64,000 nt of DNA from Thermoanaerobaculia bacterium (lineage in GTDB: Bacteria > Acidobacteriota > Thermoanaerobaculia > Multivoradales > JAGPDF01), in contig JAXLQW010000001.1 of assembly GCA_046331385.1 (NCBI GenBank), positions 497,596 to 561,595 on the forward strand, given 5' to 3'. Shown in pieces: positions 36,284-45,102 of the stretch (position 1 is its first letter; each line of letters begins with the position of its first letter). A program made the translations under genes and the position numbers. The notes under the pieces are model-generated. The model saw nothing but the letters and a program-made list of their open reading frames with translations, ran no database searches and was not told the DNA's origin.

Positions 36284-38047
36284 TCACAGGCCGGTGACTC
36301 GAATCACCTCTTCGTAGGTGGTGATGCCCTCGGCGAGCTTGCGCAGCGCCGACTGGCGCAGGGTCTTCATGCCGTTTTTGACCGCTTCGCGCTTGATCTC
36401 CGGCGCATCCGATCCCGACACGATGAGGGCCTTGACCCCGTCGTCGATCGCCAGGATCTCGAAGATGCCGGCGCGCCCGCGATAACCGGTCCCCCGGCAT
36501 TCGTGGCAGCCCTGGCCCTCCTTGACTTTGATCTTCTTGCCCGGCGGTACGGCGAGGCGCAGGGTGTTGGCCTCGTCCGAGCCGAGCGCCCGCTCGACGA
36601 CGCAGTGCGGGCAGATGCGGCGCACCAGGCGCTGCGCCATCGAGCCGATCAGGGTCGAGCTGATCAGGAAGCGCTCGACGCCGAGGTCCACCAGGCGGCT
36701 GATCGAGGTGGCGGCGTCGTTGGTGTGCAGGGTGGAGAAGACCAGGTGGCCGGTGAGCGCCGCCTGGATGGCGTACTGCGCCGTCTCGCCGTCGCGGATC
36801 TCGCCCACCATGATGACGTCCGGGTCTTGGCGCAGGATGTGGCGCAAGGCGCCGGCGAAGTCGATCCCCACCTTCGGCTGCACGGCAGTTTGGTTGAAGT
36901 CCTCGATCACCATCTCGATCGGATCCTCGATGGTGGTGATGTTCTGCTCGCGGTTGGCGATCGCCTTGAGCGCCGAATAGAGGGTGGTCGTCTTGCCGGA
37001 GCCCGTCGGTCCGGTGATCAGGATGATGCCGTGCGGGCGGCTGATGAACTCGTTGAAGACCATCTGCTCCTCGGGGTAGAAGCCGAGGGTCGCGAGATCC
37101 TGGGTGAGCACGTCGGGGTCGAAGATGCGCAGCACCGCCTTCTCGCCGAAAGCGACCGGCAAGGTCGAGACGCGCAGCTCGACCTCCTTGCCGGCGCGCA
37201 TCGTCTTGACGCGGCCGTCCTGCGGGCGGCGCTTCTCGGCGATGTCGAGACGGGACATCGTCTTGACGCGCGAGATCACCGCGTTGTGGACGATCTTCGG
37301 CATCGTCTGGATGTCGTGCAGCACGCCGTCGATGCGGAAGCGGATCAGGCTGAACTCGCGCTTGGGCTCGACGTGGATGTCCGAAGCGCGCGAATCGAAG
37401 GCGTGCTGGAGCATGAACTCGACCGCGTTGACGATGTGCTGATCGCTCGCCTCGATCTCGGCCTCGTTCTTCATCCGCACCAGCTGCTCGAGGTTGCCGA
37501 GGTCGACGCCGGCCGTGAGGTCGCGCTCGGCGCGCTTGACCGAATGGCGCAGACCGTAGAACTCGGTGATCGCGCGCAAGATCTCGGGCTCGGAGGCGAC
37601 CACCAACTGTAGGTCGCGTCCGGCGATGCGGCGGAACGAGTCGATGCCCTCGATGTCGAACGGATTGGCGCAGGCGACGCGCAGCTTGCCGTTGGCCATC
37701 GCGATCGGGATCATCCGGTGGCGGCGGGCGAAGGGACGGGAGATCTTCGACTCGATCAGATCGGCGTCGAGGGTCAGGGAATCGATGCGCACCACCTCGA
37801 GGCCGGCGTCGACGGCGAGGGCGCGCGCGATCGTCGTCTCTTCGATGATCGTCCCCGGTTCGCGCAGATTCGGCAGGCGCAGGCTGGCGATCAGGTCGTA
37901 GGCGACGGCCTTCTGTTCGTAGGTCGTGGCCGAGCGGACGCGGTTGGGGAGGTTGCGCTCCTCGCGCTTGATGTCGGCCGCCTGGGCGTCCGTGATCATG
38001 CGCTGGCGGACGAGGACGTCGGCGACGAATCCTGCGGCGAGCACCAT
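36284..38047 (-). CDS. GspE/PilB family secretion ATPase (type II secretion or type IV pilus assembly)
   Basis: 587 aa. Walker A motif GPTGSGKTTTLYSAL. N-terminal T2SS-E_N-like domain. Tetracysteine motif CPHC...CHEC. Aspartate box and His box are present. Confidence 0.85.
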   Translation of the reverse strand: MVLAAGFVADVLVRQRMITDAQAADIKREERNLPNRVRSATTYEQKAVAYDLIASLRLPNLREPGTIIEETTIARALAVDAGLEVVRIDSLTLDADLIESKISRPFARRHRMIPIAMANGKLRVACANPFDIEGIDSFRRIAGRDLQLVVASEPEILRAITEFYGLRHSVKRAERDLTAGVDLGNLEQLVRMKNEAEIEASDQHIVNAVEFMLQHAFDSRASDIHVEPKREFSLIRFRIDGVLHDIQTMPKIVHNAVISRVKTMSRLDIAEKRRPQDGRVKTMRAGKEVELRVSTLPVAFGEKAVLRIFDPDVLTQDLATLGFYPEEQMVFNEFISRPHGIILITGPTGSGKTTTLYSALKAIANREQNITTIEDPIEMVIEDFNQTAVQPKVGIDFAGALRHILRQDPDVIMVGEIRDGETAQYAIQAALTGHLVFSTLHTNDAATSISRLVDLGVERFLISSTLIGSMAQRLVRRICPHCVVERALGSDEANTLRLAVPPGKKIKVKEGQGCHECRGTGYRGRAGIFEILAIDDGVKALIVSGSDAPEIKREAVKNGMKTLRQSALRKLAEGITTYEEVIRVTGL

Positions 38048-38091
38048 GCGCGCAGTTTACCGGAGGCGCGACGCCGCGGCAGCGGCTGATA

Positions 38092-38964
38092 GTGTCCGCC
38101 GACCGTATCGCCGCGATGCCCGCGCTCTCCGCTCTCTCGCTCGCCGTGGCCTCGGCCTTCGCTTGGGCCGGCTTCGACCTCGCGCGGCGTTACCTCGCGG
38201 CCCGCGTCTCGGCCTGGACGCTGGTTCTCGGCGTGACCGCCGGGGCGATGCCGCCGCTCGTCGCCTGGGGGGTCGTCGCCGGCGAGTGGCGGATCGGACC
38301 CGGCTATGCGCTTCCCGCGGCGGGCTCGGTGGTGCTCAACCTGGGCGCGAACTTCGCGTACTCGCGCGCCTTTCAGCTCTCGCCGCTCTCGGTCACCCTG
38401 CCGATGCTGTCGCTGACGCCGGTGTTCACGGCGCTCTTCGGCGCAGCCTTTCTGCGGGAGTCGATTCCCGCCGTCGGCTGGGCGGCGATCTTCTTGGTGG
38501 TCGTGGGCGCGGCGTTGCTCGGTCTGTCGCGCGACTTCCGCTTCGAGCCGGGGAGCGCCCTGATGTTGCTGGTGGCGCTCCTCTGGTCGGCGGCGCTGCT
38601 GCTCGACAAGCTGGCGCTGCGCGCCGGCAGCGCCGACGTCCACGCCTTGGTGCTCAACGGCGGAGTGGCGATCGGCGCCCTGGCGGCGCTGGCGGCGACG
38701 CGCAGGCTGGCCGACGCCCGCGCTCTCGGCCGCCATCTGCCGCTGCTCGCCGGCGCGGTGCTCTGCGGTGCGATCGCCCTGACCTTGCAACTGCTGGCGC
38801 TCGCCGCGGTGCCCGTCGGGCTGCTGGAGACCCTGAAGCGCGGGGTCGGCGGGACGCTGGCGGTGGTCTGGGGAAGGGCCTTCTTCCGCGAGCCGGTGAC
38901 CGCGCGCAAAGTGCTGGCGGTGGTTGCCCTGGTGGCCGGCGTGGCGGTGTTGCTCAACCGTTGA
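38092..38964 (+). CDS. EamA/DMT superfamily transporter
   Basis: 290 aa with ~10 TM helices in the two-repeat EamA architecture. It is divergent from gspE with only a 44-bp gap. Confidence 0.65.
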   Translation: MSADRIAAMPALSALSLAVASAFAWAGFDLARRYLAARVSAWTLVLGVTAGAMPPLVAWGVVAGEWRIGPGYALPAAGSVVLNLGANFAYSRAFQLSPLSVTLPMLSLTPVFTALFGAAFLRESIPAVGWAAIFLVVVGAALLGLSRDFRFEPGSALMLLVALLWSAALLLDKLALRAGSADVHALVLNGGVAIGALAALAATRRLADARALGRHLPLLAGAVLCGAIALTLQLLALAAVPVGLLETLKRGVGGTLAVVWGRAFFREPVTARKVLAVVALVAGVAVLLNR

Positions 38965-39007
38965 ACCGATCGCCCGCGCGGCAGATACTCCCCGTCACAA
39001 CTTCGCC

Positions 39008-39035
39008 TTGCGCTGCGCCGCCCGGGCCCTATAAT
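39008..39035 (+). promoter_or_regulatory. Consensus-like sigma70 promoter (TTGCGC-N16-TATAAT) upstream of the giant DUF11 protein gene
   Basis: TTGCGC at 39008-39013, a 16-nt spacer, then a perfect TATAAT at 39030-39035. This is striking in ~70% GC sequence. It lies ~125 nt upstream of the ATG at 39162. Confidence 0.45.
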
Positions 39036-39161
39036 GGCCCCTGGTTGCGTTTCGGACATGTGTCCCAGTGCTGGCGCCCGGCGCGACGGAGCGCCGCGAT
39101 CGGCGATTTCCTGCGACAGCCCGGCCGGATGCAGGGTGGCGAGCTCGGAGAGGTGAATCTG

Positions 39162-42100
39162 ATGACCAGGCGGACGGGGAACCGGTTGACCGCGCTCGAT
39201 TTGGCCTTGCGCAGCCTCGCCTGGACCGCGTTCTCCGTCCTGATCGCCTCGCCCCTGCTCGGTTCGGGCGAATCGGTCCCGTTCAACGCAGTCCACGTCC
39301 CTCCCGGCGCGACGGTCACCATCACCTTCGACGTCGACGTCGACGATCCGCTCGGCGTCTGCGCCACCGCGATCTCGAATCAGGGCAGCGTCACTTCGAC
39401 CAACCACGCGAGCGTCCTCACCGACGACACGGCCGTGGGCGGCGGCGCCGACCCGACGGTCACGGGGCTCGACGCGGTCGACCTCGCGATCACCAAGACC
39501 GACGGCGTCGCGAGCGAGACCCCCGGCACCGCGATCACGTACACCATCACCGCCTCGAACGCCGGACCCTCGGGCGCGACCGGAGCTCTCGTCGCCGACA
39601 CCTTTCCGGCGACGGTCACCGGCGTGACCTGGACCTGCGTCGGCGCCGGCGGCGGCACCTGCGCGGCGAGCGGCTCGGGGAACCTCAACCAGTCGGTCAA
39701 CCTGCCGGCCGGCGGCTCGGTCACCTTCACCGTTTCGGGATCGATCTCGCCGAGCGCCACCGGCAGCCTGACCAACACCGCCACGGTGACCAAGCCGGCC
39801 GCGGTGCTCGAGTGCAACCTGGCGAACAACTCGGCGACCGACACCGACACCCTGAGCCCGCAGGCCGACGTCTCGATCACCAAGACCGACGGCGTCGCGA
39901 GCGTCGACGCCGGGAGCAACACGACTTATACGATCACCGCTTCGAACGCCGGCCCGAGCGACGCGCCGAACGCCGGGGTGGCCGACACGTTCCCGGCGGA
40001 GATCACCGGCGTCGCTTGGACCTGTGTCGGCGCGGGTGGCGGTACCTGCGCCGCGAGCGGCAGCGGCAACCTCAGCCAGAGCGTGAGCCTCCCGGCCGGC
40101 GGCTCGGTCACCTTCACCGCCGTCGCCTCGGTGTCGGGCTCCGCGACCGGATCGCTGGTCAACACCGCGACGGTCTCCTCGGGCGCCGGCGTGACCGACC
40201 CGGCCCCCGGCAACAACAGCGCCACCGACACCGACACGATCAACCCGGTGGCGGATCTCGCGATCTCGAAGAGCGACGGCACGACGACGGTGGTCCCCGG
40301 GCTCGCGACCGCGTACACGATCGTGGCCTCGAACGCCGGCCCGGCGACGGCGACCGGCGCGACGGTGGCGGACACCTTCCCGGCGGCCTGCGCGTCGGTG
40401 ACCTGGACCTGCGTCGGCGCGGGTGGCGGTACCTGCACGGCGAGCGGGTCGGGCAACATTTCCGACAGCGTCAATCTCCCCTCGGGCGGCAGCGCGACCT
40501 ACACCGCGGTCTGCACCACGGCCGCCAACGCGAGCGGCAGCCTCTCGAACACCGCCACCATCTCCGGCGGCGGCGTCAGCGACACGAACGCCGGCAACAA
40601 CTCGGCGACCGACACCGACACCTTCCTGCCGCTCGACTTCGGCGACGCCCCGGACGCCTCGATCGGCGCGCCCTGGGCCTATCCGACGAAGCTGGCGAAC
40701 GATGGCGCGCGCCACGGCGTCAACGGCCCGATCGCGCTGCGCTTCGGCGCCCAGATCGACACCGAGACCGACGGCCAGCCGACGGCGAACGCCGACGGCG
40801 ACGACGCGAACCCGGCGCTCGCGCCTGACGACGAGGACGGCATCACGCTGCCGACCTTCCTCGTCGCCTGCGAGAGCGCGAGCGTCACCGTCAACGCCTC
40901 GGCGATCGCCAAGCTCGATGCTTTCGTCGACTTCAACCGCGACGGCGACTTCGCCGACGCGGGCGAGAAGATCTTCAGCAGCCAGGCGCTGGTCGCGGGC
41001 GCGAACCCGCTCAACTTCACCGTTCCCTGCGGCGCCACCCCGACCGCGCTGACCTTCGCCCGCTTCCGCATCTCGACCGCCGGCGGCCTGTCGTACGACG
41101 GCGTCGCCGCCGACGGCGAGGTCGAGGACTACCCGGCCGCCGTTCGCGGTCTCGACTTCGGCGATGCCCCCGTCGTCTACGCGACGCTCTTCGCCGACAA
41201 CGGCGCCCGCCACGTCGTCACCGGTAGCGGCCCGGTGCTCGGCGCGGTCGCTCCGGACACCGAGGCGGACGGGCAGCCGACCGCCGGCGCCACCGGCGAC
41301 GACGCCAACGGGGTCGACGACGAGGACGGCGTCAGCTTCACCTCGCCGCTGCTGCGCGGGCAGAACGCCACGGTCACCGTTACCGCCTCGGCGGCCGGAG
41401 TGCTCAACGCCTGGCTCGACTTCAACGGCGACGGCAACTGGACCACCGCCGGCGATCAGATCTTCACCAACCAGGCGCTCGCCGCCGGGGCCAACCTACT
41501 CACCTTCGCGGTGCCGGCGACCGCGACGACCAACCTATCGACGGTGTCGCGTTTCCGGATCGCCACCGCGCCCGGCCTGTCGTTCAACGGCTTGGCGCAG
41601 AACGGCGAGGTCGAGGACCATGCGGTGGCGACGGCGGCCGAGGCCGACCTCTCGATCGCCAAGAGCGACGGTTCCGCGACCGAGGTTCCGGGCACGACGG
41701 TGACCTACACGATCGTCGCTGCGAACGCCGGGCCGGACGCCGCCACCGGCGTCACCGTCGCCGACACGTTCCCGGGGATCCTCTCCGGCTGCACCTGGAC
41801 GAGCATCGCCGCGGGCGGCGCCACCGGCAACGCCGCTGCGGGGAGCGGAAATATCTCCAACGGCGGCATCAACCTGCCGAGCGGCGCCTCGGTCACCTAC
41901 ACCGTGACCTGCACGATCGCCGCGAGCGCCACCGGGACTCTGACGAACACCGCCACGAGCTCGGTACCAGTCGGTCTCAACGACCCGGTCCCGGGCAACA
42001 ACAGCGCCACCGACGCCGACACGCTGACCCCGCAGACCGATCTCGCGGTCACCAAGACCGACGGCTCGGCGACGGAGGTTCCGGGCACCTCGGTGAGCTA

Positions 42101-44159
42101 CACCATCGTCGCTTCGAATGCCGGCCCGTCCGACGCCGTCGCGGCTTCGGTCGCCGATTCCTTCCCGGCGACGATCACCGGCGTCGCCTGGACCTGCGTC
42201 GGCGCCGGGGGCGGGACCTGCCCGGCGAGCGGCAGCGGCAACATCTTCGCCAGCGTGAACTTGCCGGTGGGCGGTTCGGCGACCTTCACCGCCACCGGCA
42301 CGATCTCGGCCGCGGCGACCGGGAGCCTCGCGAACACCGCCACCGTCGCCGCGGGCGCCGGGGCGACCGATCCGACGCCCGGCAACAACAGCGCCACCGA
42401 CACCGACACCCTGACGCCGCAGGTCGACCTCGCGATCAGCAAGAGCGACGGCTCGGCGACGGAGGTTCCGGGGACGCCGGTCACCTACTCGATCGCGGTC
42501 GGCAATGCCGGCCCCTCGAACGCCGTTGCCGCGGTGGTCGCCGACACCTTCCCGGCGGCGATCTCCGGGGTCGCCTGGACCTGCGCCGGCGCCGGCGGTG
42601 GCACTTGCCCGGCCGCGGGCTCCGGCAACCTCAACACCGCGGTCAACGTACCGGTCGGCGGCACGGTGACCTTCACCGCCACCGGCACGATCGCCTCCTC
42701 GGCCACGGGAACCCTGTCGAACACCGCGACGGTCACCGCCGCCGGCGGCACGACCGACACCAACGCGGGCAACAACAGCGCGACCGACACCGACACGCTG
42801 ACGCCGCAGGCGGACCTGCAGATCACCAAGGACGACAGCGCCGACCCGCCGCCGGCGGGGGAGAATCTGGTCTACACCCTCACGGTGCACAACTTCGGTC
42901 CGTCCGACGCCGCCGGCGTCGCGGTGAGCGATCCGCTGCCCGCCGCCGTGACCTACGTCTCCGATACCTGCGGCGGCACCAACACGCCGCCGTGGAGCTG
43001 GACGATCGGCGCCCTGGCGAGCGGCGCGACGGTGTCGTGCGACATCACGGTGTCGATCAACCCGGCGCCGCCGATCTCGATCTCCAACACCGCCTCGGTC
43101 ACCGCGACGACGCCGGACCTGGTCGCGGGGAACAACTCGGATACCGAGACCACGCAGCTCGACGCCATCCCGCCGACGGTCGACAACGTCGATTCGCAGG
43201 CCGGCACCGGCGACGGCACCCTCGCCGACTGCGAGACCGCCACCGCGCCGATCCACCACCTGCTCCTCGCCTTCAGCGAGGCGATGGCGAATCCGCCGGG
43301 CGACGGGGGAGCGAACGACGTCACCAACCCGGCCAACTACCTGCTGGTCAGCGCGGGGGCCGACTTCGACTTCTCGACCACGGCCTGCGGCGGCGCAGCG
43401 GGCGACGACCTCGCCATCCCGGTCGTCGGGGTGGCGTACAACGGCGGGACGGACACCGCGAGCCTCGACCTCGGCGGGGCGCTCGCCCCGGCGCAGTACC
43501 GACTCTTCGCTTGCGACACGCTGACCGATCTCGCGGGCAACCCGCTCGACGGCGACCTCGACACCACGGCGGGGGGAGATTTCCTCCGCCGCTTCCGCGC
43601 CGACTCCGACGACCTGTTCGCCAACGCGCACTTCGACTGCAGCCTGGCGGGTTGGACGGCGAGCGCGCCGGCCCCGGGCGAGGTCACCTGGACGGGAGCC
43701 GAGGACGCCGACGGCGCCGACGACTCGGGCGCCGTGCGCGTCACCAACCTCGCCCCCGGCGTCGACACGAGCTTCGCGCTCGCCCAGTGCTACGACCTGC
43801 CGGCGGCGGTGCCCTACCAGGTGCGGGCACGGCTGCGGCTCGACGCCGCGCCAGGGGTGCTGGTCGGCCTGACGCGCGCCTGCACCTTCTACAATGGCCC
43901 GGCCTGCGCCGGCGGATCGACGACCCAGTCGGACACCGTTCTGCTCGGCAGCACCGGCGGGAGCTGGATTCCGCTGGTCAAGACGGTCACGCCACCGGTC
44001 TCGGCGCTCTCGGCACTGTGCACCTTCCGTTGGGACACGCCGGTCGCAGCGGGTTTCGATTCCTTCCTCGACGCCGCCTTCTTCGGCGCGACGGGGCAGC
44101 TGTTCTCGGACGGCTTCGAGACCGGCGACACTTCACGTTGGTCGGCGACCGTGCCTTGA
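39162..44159 (+). CDS. Giant secreted adhesin-like protein with ~7 DUF11 repeats and GEVED-type motifs, ending in the shared C-terminal tag LFSDGFETGDTSRWSATVP
   Basis: The true start is probably the ATG at 39162 (MTRRTGNRLTALDLALRSLAWTAFSVLIASPLLGSG), which has a ggagagg RBS. Upstream, the ORF is antisense to gspE and EamA. Repeats follow the pattern L[AS]I[TS]K[TS]DG...TYTI.ASNAGPS.A....ADTFPA..TGV.WTC. Interspersed DFGDAPD...NDGARH...GEVED[YH] segments are present. Confidence 0.8.
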   Translation: MTRRTGNRLTALDLALRSLAWTAFSVLIASPLLGSGESVPFNAVHVPPGATVTITFDVDVDDPLGVCATAISNQGSVTSTNHASVLTDDTAVGGGADPTVTGLDAVDLAITKTDGVASETPGTAITYTITASNAGPSGATGALVADTFPATVTGVTWTCVGAGGGTCAASGSGNLNQSVNLPAGGSVTFTVSGSISPSATGSLTNTATVTKPAAVLECNLANNSATDTDTLSPQADVSITKTDGVASVDAGSNTTYTITASNAGPSDAPNAGVADTFPAEITGVAWTCVGAGGGTCAASGSGNLSQSVSLPAGGSVTFTAVASVSGSATGSLVNTATVSSGAGVTDPAPGNNSATDTDTINPVADLAISKSDGTTTVVPGLATAYTIVASNAGPATATGATVADTFPAACASVTWTCVGAGGGTCTASGSGNISDSVNLPSGGSATYTAVCTTAANASGSLSNTATISGGGVSDTNAGNNSATDTDTFLPLDFGDAPDASIGAPWAYPTKLANDGARHGVNGPIALRFGAQIDTETDGQPTANADGDDANPALAPDDEDGITLPTFLVACESASVTVNASAIAKLDAFVDFNRDGDFADAGEKIFSSQALVAGANPLNFTVPCGATPTALTFARFRISTAGGLSYDGVAADGEVEDYPAAVRGLDFGDAPVVYATLFADNGARHVVTGSGPVLGAVAPDTEADGQPTAGATGDDANGVDDEDGVSFTSPLLRGQNATVTVTASAAGVLNAWLDFNGDGNWTTAGDQIFTNQALAAGANLLTFAVPATATTNLSTVSRFRIATAPGLSFNGLAQNGEVEDHAVATAAEADLSIAKSDGSATEVPGTTVTYTIVAANAGPDAATGVTVADTFPGILSGCTWTSIAAGGATGNAAAGSGNISNGGINLPSGASVTYTVTCTIAASATGTLTNTATSSVPVGLNDPVPGNNSATDADTLTPQTDLAVTKTDGSATEVPGTSVSYTIVASNAGPSDAVAASVADSFPATITGVAWTCVGAGGGTCPASGSGNIFASVNLPVGGSATFTATGTISAAATGSLANTATVAAGAGATDPTPGNNSATDTDTLTPQVDLAISKSDGSATEVPGTPVTYSIAVGNAGPSNAVAAVVADTFPAAISGVAWTCAGAGGGTCPAAGSGNLNTAVNVPVGGTVTFTATGTIASSATGTLSNTATVTAAGGTTDTNAGNNSATDTDTLTPQADLQITKDDSADPPPAGENLVYTLTVHNFGPSDAAGVAVSDPLPAAVTYVSDTCGGTNTPPWSWTIGALASGATVSCDITVSINPAPPISISNTASVTATTPDLVAGNNSDTETTQLDAIPPTVDNVDSQAGTGDGTLADCETATAPIHHLLLAFSEAMANPPGDGGANDVTNPANYLLVSAGADFDFSTTACGGAAGDDLAIPVVGVAYNGGTDTASLDLGGALAPAQYRLFACDTLTDLAGNPLDGDLDTTAGGDFLRRFRADSDDLFANAHFDCSLAGWTASAPAPGEVTWTGAEDADGADDSGAVRVTNLAPGVDTSFALAQCYDLPAAVPYQVRARLRLDAAPGVLVGLTRACTFYNGPACAGGSTTQSDTVLLGSTGGSWIPLVKTVTPPVSALSALCTFRWDTPVAAGFDSFLDAAFFGATGQLFSDGFETGDTSRWSATVP

Positions 44160-44208
44160 GGCCCCGGACATGTCGACGACGCTTGCAGGCAAGCACGAGG
44201 GACGCGGT

Positions 44209-45102
44209 ATGCGGGGAGGCGAGTTGAACGAATCGACCGGTCGGGAGGCGAGGTGGGTGACGGCGAGGCGGCACCGCCGAATGCTGGGTGTTTCGGCCCT
44301 GGCGGCGCTGTGGGCGACCGGCGCCGTAGCGCAGGCCGACTCGGCGCCGGTGGTGCGCTTCCGCGCCGAGCAGCGCGCCGTGGCGACGGTTCCGCCGCTG
44401 CCGCCGACCTCGACGTTCCCGGTGCAACTGGTCCTCGACGACGACAGCTTCGAGGGCACACTCGGCGTGGCGAGCGGCCAGAACGCCAAGCAGTTCCTCT
44501 TCTTCGAGCGCTTCGGGCCGGTGCCCGGCTTCACCCTGCAGGAAGTCTGGATTCTCTTCCCGGGCGACGCCCCGGTCGGCGGCGCGATCGAGATCGTGGT
44601 CTTCGAGGACAGCGACGGCGATCCGTCGAACGGCGCAACGTTGCGCGCGGCTTTCGCGACCACGGTGTCGGCCAACGACGGCAACACCTTTTCGGTCTAT
44701 CCGTTGCCGGCGCCGCTCGCCTTCGATTCCGGTCGCGAGGTGCTGATCGGCGCCGTGCCGCGCTTCATCCAGAGCGGCGTGACGCCGTTCCTCTTCCCGG
44801 CGGCGATCGACGGCACCGCGAGCCAGGGGCGCTCCTGGCTCGCGGTCTGGCTCGGCGACCCGCCCGATCCGCCGCTGCTGCCGGCGGACCAGATCACCGC
44901 GCCGCTCGACGACTTCCAACCCGGCAACTGGATGATTCGCGGCTTCGGCACCGGCGTGAGCCCGCTCGAAGTTCCGGCGCTCGGACCGGCCGGGCTCGCC
45001 GCGCTCGCGGCGCTGCTCGCGGCCGGCGGACTCGCTCTGCTACGACGTCGGGACGGCGCGCGGATCGCGATGGGGAAGCACGACGGAGGAGGTCTCGAGT
45101 GA
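44209..45102 (+). CDS. Secreted hypothetical protein with an IPTL-CTERM-like C-terminus (VPALGPAGLAALAALLAAGGLALLRRRDGA...)
   Basis: The start is ambiguous: ATG 44170, 44209 or 44281 are all in frame, and 44209 has a gaggga RBS. Signal-like segment MLGVSALAALWATGAVAQA. A C-terminal TM helix plus RRR is followed by an unusual 15-aa tail. The stop overlaps the downstream GTG (GTGA). Confidence 0.5.
   Translation: MRGGELNESTGREARWVTARRHRRMLGVSALAALWATGAVAQADSAPVVRFRAEQRAVATVPPLPPTSTFPVQLVLDDDSFEGTLGVASGQNAKQFLFFERFGPVPGFTLQEVWILFPGDAPVGGAIEIVVFEDSDGDPSNGATLRAAFATTVSANDGNTFSVYPLPAPLAFDSGREVLIGAVPRFIQSGVTPFLFPAAIDGTASQGRSWLAVWLGDPPDPPLLPADQITAPLDDFQPGNWMIRGFGTGVSPLEVPALGPAGLAALAALLAAGGLALLRRRDGARIAMGKHDGGGLE

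Noticed and set aside
37926-39161. The N-terminal 412 codons of the 2077-aa ORF ahead of the giant DUF11 protein.
   Set aside because: This stretch runs antisense through gspE and through the EamA transporter gene and is low-complexity. A signal peptide and RBS occur at the internal ATG at 39162, which is taken as the true start.
44253-45098. The N-terminal ~280 codons of the 1603-aa ORF ahead of the beta-helix giant protein.
   Set aside because: It overlaps the better-supported secreted protein at 44209-45102 in another frame. A strong RBS and signal peptide occur at the GTG at 45099.
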